NCBI GenBank assembly: GCA_002633005.1
Contig: NMRA01000575.1
Location: 232,532-268,117 of the forward strand
DNA: 35,586 nt
DNA from: Phoronis australis
Taxonomy: Eukaryota > Animalia > Phoronida
Direction of reading: 5' to 3'
The notes beneath the pieces were generated by a model. That model made no database searches. It was not told the origin of the DNA and saw only the letters and a list, made by a program, of their open reading frames with translations. Below, one piece after another: positions 12,401-24,400 of this stretch. Each line of letters begins with the position of its first letter. The stretch's first letter is position 1. A program made the translations under genes and the position numbers.

Positions 12401-15400
12401 ACGTCCAACCTCGCTGAGTAAATTGCTCCATATTGGTTGATCATGTTTTTAAACTGCCTGACATGAAACAGGTACAATGGAACGGTGTGTCTCGGGAAGC
12501 TTTGTTTGACAGCTTGTGATTTTTCGTAAAATTTGCTTGCTTCAATGTTTTTTGTTACATTAATTATATCATACATCTTGATTAAAAAAGAAATCAATTT
12601 GTTTCTGGTTATTGTGAACGAGTGGTGAATTGTGTGATATTGTTAGTTTGCCCCGACGGAAAGTATGGCGGACTATGTGAGCAAGACTGTCCTACCTGTT
12701 CAAATGGCGGAGTTTGTCATCATATAACCGGCGAATGCATCTGTGCTCCAGGTTTCAAGGGGAGAGACTGTTCTGAAGGTAATTTTCCAACCATTCTGGG
12801 GCATTAGGTAAATCTTAATTAAGTTGTTATTGTCTAAGTAAAGGAGCAAGTGCAATCGCTCAAGACCAGTTTGGACAGGATCGATCACCCCATAAGCATA
12901 ACATGCTGGAATACATGTATCTTTAAACCAATGTTTTTAAAGGCTCATTAAACACCATGATACACTTACAGTAACTTAATTGTCATTAGGTCTTGTATCT
13001 GTTACCTTGTCTTTCTAAATTTGGATTGATCACATGCAAAACCTGTGCAAGTTTGGATTTTTCAGCTGCCCAACTCCACATCATGTTATTTGATGTTTCA
13101 GCGTGCGGTCCAAACAGATTTGGGTATAACTGTTCCTCCCAGTGTTCTGATGACGTAGACACAGGATGTAGATACCGACAAGTATGTACCATAGACCCGT
13201 ATGGTTGTTCATGTGCCGCTGGCTTTAAAGGAATTGGCTGTGATCAAGGTAGGATTGCATCACTGTTAACGAGTTATCGTCCTTACATGTATGTGATGGC
13301 TTGCCAAATCTACATGAATACGATTAAACTTTCTACAAATGGGATGAGCCATACATTACAAGTCATTGGACGTTTTGGAGCTATGTTGTCGTCAAATCTT
13401 GCAGTTATCACGAACTTTTTTTAGTTTTAACCGCAGGCCTACTTGGTGTTCCATCGCAAATTCTAAGATATTTGTAACGTCTCTCAGACATGGCTGACGT
13501 TGTTTTACGACATGTGCAGCTTCAACTGCATTCAACGTCGTCTCTCAGAACTATTGTTTTAGTTTATTTTCTGGATTGAGTCACCTTGTTTTCATTATTT
13601 AGTATAATAATTTAAGTTTCCTAATTACGCATGATAACACTACAGATTGATTTTCCTCTGATTATTTCAAAGGGAACCTTCGCCGCCTCTAACGAAAGTT
13701 ATCGGAATCTATTTTTGCTCGTGGTATGCAACAAGGCAGAGTAAAATAAGATGTTAGTTGTAAAATAATGTAGTGTATTATGACGTAAGTACAGAAAGTA
13801 GCAAAAAGAAGACTCTGCAAAGGAGTGAACATAGATGTGCCCAGAGTAAATAGGAAAACAACAAAGGAGTGACTAGAAAAACGTCTGGATGCCTAACAGA
13901 AAATGACTCAAATAGGAAAACCAATACCCTTCGGGATGGAGGGTGGAAACATTAAATCAGAAAAAAAACAGCAGGTCTTGTGTCAAAAAATATAGATGTT
14001 GAGAATGAACTAGAACACGCTATACCGAACAAAAGAGTTATATAACTTAAGAATGAGATAACGAGTAGGGAAGTGTTTGAACAAAATGTAGTACATGGGG
14101 GGCATAAAGAGAAATGGGTAATGTAATATAAACATTAAATGTGGGTATGAAATATAAATGACATGGAAAAGCATTACACCTATAAAATCCTTTAGCATTT
14201 CAATTTTTATTTGATTTTTTTCATTTTGCAATTTCAGTTTCACCTAATTAGTGATGTCTGGGGCTTATTTATTTTAGTTTTGTTTTGCAGAATGTCCAGA
14301 CAACTTCTACGGTGCAGACTGCCTACAGTCCTGTGGTCGCTGCTTGCCTGGAACTTGTGACAGGTTCAGAGGAAACTGCACATGTCAGGAGGGATATAGG
14401 ACGCCATACTGTAAAATTGGTATATAATCCAGTCTTCTTTGTCCTGTTGCGTTTGTGCTGTGTTGAGGGTGTTTTTTGTCCACTAATAAGATAAAAAATT
14501 GTCCAAAATTCAATCTTTTACCTGAAACGCAGAAAATAATATCACAGTTTAGCCTACTTACGAAACAGTTGCTTGGCAACAATGACTGTTTCCACCAACA
14601 CCGACATGTATATCTTTGTTAAATTTAAATGTGCTTTGTATGTTTTAGAAATAGCTCGTCTCGATAACGCACCCATTATATCGAGAAGCCGCACTGAGAT
14701 AATTGTGTCTTGGTTTCCGTGGTCAGCTCAAACTGGCCATGGTGCTGGACCTGTTCACAAGTACATTGTTGAGTACAGACAAGCGACGGCATCTGTCTGG
14801 ACACGAAGCGAAGACGTTGATAGTGACGTCTTGTCATTTTCAATTCGACCTGCAGATGAAGACAACCAGTACCAAGTACGTGTACGGGTCAGAATAAAGC
14901 TTGCCAACCACGACGTTGGAGCTGCCAGTCCTGAGTCATCAGTGTGTGGGCGTAAGATATTGATATAAACTTGATAATAGTCAATTAGTACATGCACAAC
15001 TATAAGAAACCTGTTAAGCGACAACCCTGGTATTCACTAAGATTGACTTTTTGCTTTTAAATCGACCATATGTGTCTAGTGGCAACCTCGTTGCTTAGAA
15101 AACCGGAGACGTATTGAGTAAACAATAATGTGAAGTTGTCTACAGGCTGGGCTTTCGTTTAAAAACAAACTATGGTTCTTAATTTATTTAAAATGAAATT
15201 CCGAAATGTACACATGAGCGCTTGTTGACTTTTACATTGAATGTTTAATTTCAGTTCCACGTCTTCCAATGTTAACTTTTACCCCGGAATCAACTGCAGT
15301 TCGCGTGTCGTGGAATGTAAGTCGATCATGAATAGTAAACTCGATTTTGGAGCCAGTTGATTTTTGTTGCTAGCGTAAGTGAAGTCTTTATGTATGCCGT

Positions 15401-18400
15401 TCAAGTTGAAAATGTGTTTTCAATTTTGTAGTACTGTTTTTAGAGTTCAAAGTGTCCTTACTTCATTTTATAGAAAATTCGAATAATGTTTTGACAAAGC
15501 ATTCGCTTTCAAAGATGCTGCAGGATTTTACAAGACACGCACTATAGTCATTGGTCACTCAACGTTGCAGGAGCCAGATTGGCGATGCGACTTAGCGGGA
15601 ACGTACACGCTAAACTACAAAAGCATCTATTCAGACTGGGCAAGCGAAGCTACCATACCGTCTAGCAGGTTGGAAAAAACGTTCTCAACCGTCGCATGCA
15701 CTAAGTGGACATTCAAAATACAAGCACACAACAAAGACTTGAGCTCAGACGTCTCACAAGAGAGCTCGGTTACCAGTCTTGAGAAAGGTGGGTGGATATG
15801 TATAGAGCTAAACGTGCATCAAACTATTTCAAGTGACTTTATCTTCGATCGTGTAATTGTTTTTATTGCTGCTGTAATTGATGTTTTATTGCTAATGAGG
15901 TGTTTTTTTTTACATTTCGCTGGTACACACTCTTGGTGTCCTTGTTCTTTTTTGAAGATTGTGGTTTAGCTATTTCAATTATTGTTCGTCTTACAAAAAA
16001 TAATCTCACCTGAACTCTAGACTAAAAACTTGCGGACACATCTAGACAAAGTTGTTCAGGGAAGCATGAAATGTTGATTTCACAGAACTCCAATAACCTA
16101 GTACGACCTTGCCAAAATGCCAGCTCCACTTCAATGTTATCCACTTCGGCCCGTTGTGGACGTGGCTAAAAATTAGAGTCTGCAGTAAGGTTTCCTCCAT
16201 CGCTCCCCCCTCGTAACATTCTAAATCAGCAAGAGTTTACACGAAAAATCCATGAAACTTCTACCCAACCAGGTAGCTGTATTAAAACTATCGTCAAAAT
16301 ACAACCAAGAATCACTGTATGTTGATCTCCTAGATCCTATAAGCCTCGAAATTTCACACAGCCCGTGTAGTTTTGCTCGTCACCTGGCCGTGAAACTAAA
16401 TATCAATGTGAAGAGCTAACAAACCGCAGGAGTGCCCGGCAAAATCTGGGAGCTGTTTAAGCTAAAAACGGTCCAATAAACGTCGTTATCTGCCTTTTGT
16501 AACTAAGAAATTTATGTCGTGGTTTTGAAAACCATACGCTAGTGACGCACGTACGTTCCATTATCGAATTTCACACAGCCCGTGTAGTTCTGCTCGTCAC
16601 TTGGCCGTGAAACTAACTATCAATGTGAAGAGCTAACAAACTGCAGGAGTGCCCGGCAAAATCTGGGAGTTAGCCGACACTCACCTGGTCCGTTACAGCT
16701 GTTTAAGCGAAAAACGGTCCAATAAACGTCGTTATATGCCTTTTGTAACAAAGAAATTTATGTCTTGGTTTTGAAAACAATACGCTAGTGACCCATGTAA
16801 GTACCATTATCATAATTATTCCGACATCTCTCCGGAAATGATGGCAGCTGCGCAACATCGAAATGCGTTTTGAAATTCGGTTTTCTGGAATAAAAATACT
16901 AAAAACTTGATACAAAATGTAACCAGCTCCTATATTTTATTGTCAGTGACATATATGCAAGCTCGTGGCAGAACATTTGATTGAAGAATCGGCGAAAAAA
17001 AGAAATTAGCCCGTAAAGTGACGCTTGTCTTTAATGGCACCGAAAGCCTTAATACATGAGATCGCTCCACAGCTTTGGCGGCAAAATTATGGTAAAAAGC
17101 CTTTTTTTCTAACGCCGGTAAACGATTTAGTTTTCTCATTGGAGAGTGTACCAAACTCCAACCTGAATTCAATTTCATTGGAATATACATGTATGTTCAA
17201 TTGGTGCAATTTTGTTCGCAAAATCAATTTAATCAGGTTTGTTTTTCAATGGTCCTACGACCTGACATAGAATTGTTTGCGATACACACGTCCATGCAGA
17301 TTTAAGATTTGCATTTATTTATATAAGATTCTTTTTTCTCTAGAAGCCAACAAAGTAGAGAATTTGGTGAGCTCATCAATCACGCATAATACAATCAGCC
17401 TAACATGGACAGCACCAGTTAACAACGGGTGTATTGTGAAAAGCTACATAATCCAGTGCAGGCTCATCAAAGTGTTAGCTTGCGGTACTGCGGACCAACC
17501 ATCAGAGGACACAAGGACCGGAAACACTACTGAACTGACAACTTCATTGGACAGCCTACGTCCGTACTCACGTTACGAAATTAGTGTACGAGCTAGAACG
17601 GAAACCTTGGATGGGGAGGAGAAAACAATCACCAAGGATACACATAACTACCGTTAGTAAAGGCTGTTGCACTTTTCTGTGACTGTGGTTTATTTTATTT
17701 AGTAATTTCTACAATAACAATCCTGTCTATTCAAACCTGAGCGTTAAATAAGTAGCACGAATACATTTGTTCTCTGTAACTTCAGGTGGATGACAAAAAG
17801 TTGTGTAATGTATTGTTAAATGACTTGTCTGTAAAGAGGTATTTTATACCTGTCGATTTGAATGTAAAACTCCACTTCAAAGGCGACAAATTCAAACAAA
17901 TAATGCATGTATATTTATATGTGTTTTATTGCGTTTTTATTTCAGTACCATCTGAACCACCTACAAGTGTCAGGATTTCAGAACGTTCCACGAACACCTT
18001 AAAATTCAACTGGCAAAGACCACTCTGCTTATCAAGTAATGGGCTTGCTGCAAACTTTGACTACCAACTACAAAGAAAAGTCTCACCTTGTCTTCCTGAA
18101 GAGTTTCTCAACAACACAACCAGTGGACTTTCAAAGAAGTTTGACCACCTCCAACCCCACGTGACCTACAGCTTCAGAGTGCGTGCAGTAAATGGAGAGC
18201 TGGCTGGACCTTGGAGTGCTTGGATGCGTAATGTTACTAATGAAAGTGGTAATACTTAAATGTAACTTTCAGTTGTTAATAGTTCGGGTGTAAATATCAT
18301 TTCGAATCTAAACTTCATTATATAAAGGGGGCATCAGATACCCAATATGGTTATGGCTGTCCGCTGTTAAAATTTATGTTCGAGCTTCCACAGACACGAC

Positions 18401-21400
18401 AAAATTCCTGTTCACATGACGGTGTTTACACCCTAGTGTATATTTACACCCGAGGGAATATTTTCAGCAGGGCGTATATTAACACCGGAGTATATATTTG
18501 CTACTTTTTGTTTGTTTTGAGATATAAACTCATATTCACCCGGATGTAAATCTACACGCGGGTGTATAATTAGACCACTTTCAGAGGTCGTGTAAATGTA
18601 ATTTTACACGCGTGAGAATATACACCTCATGTGAACGTTAAAGTTCCTCTATTGGTACGTGTGATTTGTTATGGTCCCTGATTGAAATGCTACCGCAGCC
18701 ACTGCTGCTGGATAAAGCTTTCACGATTTGGTGTCATGGTTTCACTGGATATGCAATATACCAAGGAAGTGCAACAAGCATACTTATTACCTCATCAAGA
18801 CAAACCACTCTTTGATTCACTCTGAAAAAGTTCGTTGTTCCCTTTAAACGTTGAATTTCCAAAAGCCAGCACGCCATGAATGCGATCCGCACAAGCTATC
18901 TTGTGTTTACATCAAAAACCGCGAACAATATTTCGGACGAGCAAAAGCAATCCCATGGGGATTGATACCCGTGCCTCAATTACAGGTCAATTGTTATAGA
19001 AGAATCTATTCATTACTAGCAAACGTCGGTTGTCTGTCGATTGGGTATGCTCTTTGCAAGAAGTTGGCAAACTTCTCTTGGAATTACATGAACAAGATAT
19101 ATTTTTACTCAAAGAAGCCCGTTTTGTGACATTCAAATAATTCTACAATGTCTCCCATTGCTACTTGTGATACCATTCTGTTCTTAAACATTGTAGCTCC
19201 ACCATCACCGAAAAACCTAAGTGTGGTAGACATGAACCCAACATTCACCATTATTGATTGGATGCCACCGTGTCCCTCTAACGGCGTCATACGGAAATAT
19301 CAGCTAAAATACATAAATCTAAACGACAATGATGACAACAACATAAGCACGTGTGGGAACTGTTCTTCTATGAAGATTCTTAACTTGAAGATCAAGAGCA
19401 CATACGAGTTTAAAGTAAGGTTCAATTGACTGGTTCTTCTAGTGCATTTTTCGTCCCTTTTTATGGCCCTCTGACTTATAATTTTAGATGTTTTCCCGCG
19501 TTTCTTCTATTTGCCTGGAGTTCGGACCAGCCTTTATCTTAGCCACAATCAGTCCTGATACACCAGTATACATGTGTTTGTTCAAATGCTGTCATCGGTT
19601 GGAATCAATTATGACTCAACAGCTTTCAACCATAAACCTAGTATGATCTCTTAAGTCATCACTTACAGTGTCTGAGTGCCAATATACAGTAGTAATTTGG
19701 GAATTGCAGGATGTCACGTGGGCAAAAGCGATGCATATTCCCTTATAAACATATTTCAGATTCGTGCAAAGACTACTCACTGGGGCAGTTGGAGCAGTTC
19801 GATTTATGAGACTGTTGAAGAGGGAGGTAGGGTTTAAACTACGTGTTTGTTGGATTCACGTTGTCGATTTGCAAAATAGGTCACGCACTTTTGAACGTAC
19901 ACTGATTTGTGTACCGGGTATTTCCAAACTCAGCTTCCCAAAAGTACGCCCATGGGCGTATTTTTGGAAATTCCCGGTACAACGCATGGGCGCACCCAGG
20001 AGGGGGGCCTCGGGGGGCTCGGACGAGCCCCCTGCACTTTGTTGAATACTGCAAAAAGGTTCGCCTCAGTGAAACAAAAAGTCCAAGAAAATGAGACAAA
20101 AGTCTATAAAATCCACAGGAAGTAGGTGCGGATGCACAATTCGCGAACATAGTGCCCCTTTTTAGTCCTCGTTGATTTCTTTTGGTAAAGGTCCGCATAT
20201 CGAAAAATTCTATCCCCCTATATTTTAGGCTTGGTGCGCATATGCAACGTACTCTATGCTTTGAAGTCACTGGAGCGAGGACTTGTTGTGACCATTCAGT
20301 AAACAGATAACCCTACACGAGTCGCATGTTAATGGCATGGGCAAAACTTCTGGAAAATTTTGTCAAAAGGCCGAGACTTGCCTAGGGCTTTCGATGAAAT
20401 TTCCAAGAGGTTTTGCTCATGTTATAAATTTGAGACGAGTGTGGGATTAGTTTTCTTAAATAAACCGTAAAAGCAATATTTTGACCGAAAAACTCGAGGT
20501 GTCTAAAACTTTCAACCACACCACGCAACTTTTGTAAAAACACGCTTGCGCAGTGTAAATTAAACCCAGTTATTTTTGTTAATAATTTTGTTTTAAACTT
20601 AACAATTGTAAATTGCACTCAGCTATTGTAACAAACTTTCAACTTAGAGTCTAATAAATAGTATCGGAAGATGTAACATAAAAATAAATGTTTATAACTA
20701 ACACTCCGTATGGTTTCGCGAGCTTGAGCACTAAAATGTCCTTGAGACTGCACAGTTAGTTTGTGTCACCGCGTGATTTCTTGGGTTGGGACTCAGCTGC
20801 CTTTGAGTGAGTTTGGGTATGGAATTCGCCGCCGAAGTTATGTCCGTTTATTAATGTTTATTAATTATGAAGTTCTTTGCACGGTGTTCCAGTCGGGAGT
20901 ATACATTTTTGTGGCAGACGATTTATCAATCATAACCACCTTAACGAAATATTCCGGTATTGTTTGGTTTTTGGTATTGGTGTAAGGAGTATAGATTTCT
21001 CATTTGCAATACTTCGTGATTCGACCATGTTTTTAACTAGTCGTGCCGTAAAACATTCCAGTTTACGTCACTTGTTTACATGTTTATATCTTGCACGTGT
21101 GTTATATTCAGAGCGGAAGCCAAATACTGTATGTATGCCACTTGCATCACTTTCAGTTCCTGAAATGCCAGAAAACGTTTTGTGCAAGGACAGAACACCA
21201 AACTCACTTACTGTTCAGTGGGTTGAACCAAGTCGGAAAAATGGATTCTTAACACAATACAAGGTACGTTAGCTTTCCATATTCTCATGTATTTACATTA
21301 TAGTAATGAATACAGAGGAATTGTGATTATTTGCCGCAATTTTGCTGCAGTTGTTGTAATCTTGCATTCTTTATTCAAACAACGTGGAATTCAATTACCT

Positions 21401-24400
21401 TACTCTTCAAAAAAGTTTCAAAAACCCAAAAAAACAAACAGTCTGGTGAATATAACTTCTGGTTCGTTCAATAAAGGATGTAAACAGTCTCTTAAAATGG
21501 TCTTTGTGACTACAAGGAATTTTGAGCTCGTGACCTGGCGTAGAGCAATGGAAGTCGTGAATTAAGAAGCGCCACAGTGGAGTGACATTTGTGAACAGCT
21601 ATGAAGATACATGTACCATATAATCGCACGTGCGAGCTTCGAACAATACACCACTACTCATGCACCGTCAGCTCGAATTCTTGAAATGAATCACGGCGTA
21701 GTATGCGTATATGCGAACAAAAATGATGAAAACTGAAAGTAAAATTTTAATAATTTATTCATGTCTTGATAGTGCTTCGTTCACTTGATTTGTTTGAAAT
21801 ATTGGTTTTGGGGTTCGTTTATAAAAATTTTGTTCCTACACAACATTCATGCTTCCGTGGTTAGTTCTTATGATTCCCTTGTACGAGTAAATGATACAGA
21901 AAATCTGACTTATGCTTCGGCTACGGAGGACAAAGATGTATTCGTTAATAACTGTTCACAAAAGTGTTTGGGGGTCAACGATTTTTTTTTCTTTTAGATA
22001 TCATGGAAAACTGAACATGAGAAGCCGTCGTTTGAGACCGTGGGACCAACTATCCGGAAGTTTAACATTTCTAAACTGAATCCAGGAACGCGATATACCA
22101 TGCACGTGGAGGCGAGAACTTCAGTTGGTTTTGGACCACCGGCCGGTACAACCTGCTGGACGAGTTTGTCTGGTAGATATCCACAATGCACTTAATGTAC
22201 CAGAACCACATCTTTCATTTCGTTACGAAACTCAGGTTTTGTTTTTGCAATTCCAGTACGTTTTCCCATAATCGGCTGACGGGGTGATAAAAAATTATTT
22301 GATAAATTATTTGGAACCATCATCGCCTCTAACGGTTCTTGTTGCATTGGTCGGATATTCCAAAGTTTCAAACAGAAATGTTCGTGATTGGCGGAAATGA
22401 GGTTTGGTTTGTGTCAAATTGTTTCTTCATTCCACAGTTTGATATCGGGTAACGCTTTGGTGACGTCACAACTCTGAAGAGTTGAATGTAGAATAGCTGT
22501 TCTTGAATAGACTTTTGTATCAGTGTGTATGACGTCTGGTGAATGTTGATATGGCGGTTATTTGTGACTCCACTCAACGACTTGGATTCTAATATACACT
22601 GCTGAATGTAAGAGATATTGAGACACCTCGAGGAGTTTTGCGGTCTTGAACTACAGTGTACATGCCGGTAACAATGAGAATCACTATAACGGTAACTGCT
22701 CTTGTCGGGACAATTGCGTCTCTAACTTACATTTCAGGAAGTGAACATTCTATGGTATAGGCGTGCATGGTATGCCTTTTAACCAAATTTATATCATTAT
22801 TCAGACGTTCCAGAGCTTCAGATATCGAAGATAGACAAAGACCAAGTAACATCGACTACTGTAACGCTACCTATTGTACCAGTGGCAGGTTATCCAAACA
22901 GCAATGATATCAAGTAAGTCAACAGTTTTGTCGGGAAACAAAGGGTTTTAGATTTTCTCCGCTATTATAATTTTTGTGGAACGCCCTGTTTGCGAATCTT
23001 GCCCACGAAAGAAATGATCGAAAGCATATCTGTAATATAACTAAATTAAATTTAACTTGTTAAATGCATTCATCGTCATTATTTTGACATTTGTCTCTTT
23101 ATTTTGATACCAGTCCTTAGGGTTTACTTTGCATTAATCATCTCTATTTATAGCCTCAAGGGCCTACTTTTGTATTCATGCATTTCTCTACGCGAAACCT
23201 GATTGGTTGTCCATATTTCCTTTGTTCAGTTCAACGTGGTCTCTCATTCAGCCACCTACCTCGTCGTCTACAAGACCTACGTTCGTTCTCTGCATTTTTC
23301 CCCACCCCCCATCCCGGGTGTCGGTTCCACTTTCTCTTTTTTCATATACATTTCCTGTTAGTTTTTTTCAAGTTTTTTGTTCATGTTCTGTACTTTTCCT
23401 TTAAGCCCTTCAGGCAGTTCTTTTGTTTTGGCTATTCATTGTACACGCCTGTGGGCGTTTTGTCCCTGCCCATCTTGCAGAGTCTTAATTAGTTTTATCT
23501 ATTTACGTCATAATAAATGACAATATTCCCAATCCTCATCTTGTTTTACTCTGCAACATAGCTCGTGGCGTACCCCGTGCAAAATAGATTACGATAAAAG
23601 TTTACACTGACAAAACACATGACATTGTAAAAGGTTGATGATCCTTCACTCTTGGAAGAAGGAAACATAGAATAGCTGACCAATACAAGAAACATTCGAA
23701 TCATGAAATAAAAACAACATTGCATGCCTTAAGTTATAGGTACAAGTACTTAAGATGAATTGTTCTGAGCCTGAAGTCTTGCAAGTATGTCCTATAATAT
23801 TATCGGCTTCAGTATGTACTGTATTTAAGCACTCGAACATCACGAACTCCTTGATGCCAAGATACTGTATGTTCTAAATCTGTGTGCCGTCAATACATGT
23901 AAACAGGTAGAAGCTTCTGTCACGTGCACTTTTTCTTTAAGTTTTTACATCCATATCAGGATCTGTAGTTTACGAGAACGTCCATAGCGTCGTGACACGG
24001 CCCAATTCACAGGTTATTTCCACCAAATGACCTGTATGTACAGGCTGTAGCTCTACCATCTCTTCTTAGACTAACCGTCTCGTAAAAATTTTGAAACCGG
24101 TACTAAATTTATGCTGTCATAGTTGTGAAATTAAAAATTATAAGCCACCTGTCAGTTACATGGCTAAAATTCCTGTATTCCTATTTTCTACATACAGTGT
24201 ACTGTAGGCAGAGGATGATAAGATTTATATTCAAACCATTTTGCTTCAACTCCTTAATTTACTTGGAAACAGGTTTTATCTTATTGTCGTCGAAAGGAAG
24301 AAAATTATCTCCCGTAGAAAGAGAGAAACTATCGACGTCTCCACGTTAAAAGATTATGAGGAGGCAACGTCTAGTGGCGATTCTCGTTATATAGCAGCTA

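Noticed and set aside
11551-14419. Calling the gene TEK/TIE1
   Set aside because: No kinase exons occur; the frame continues into PTP domains.
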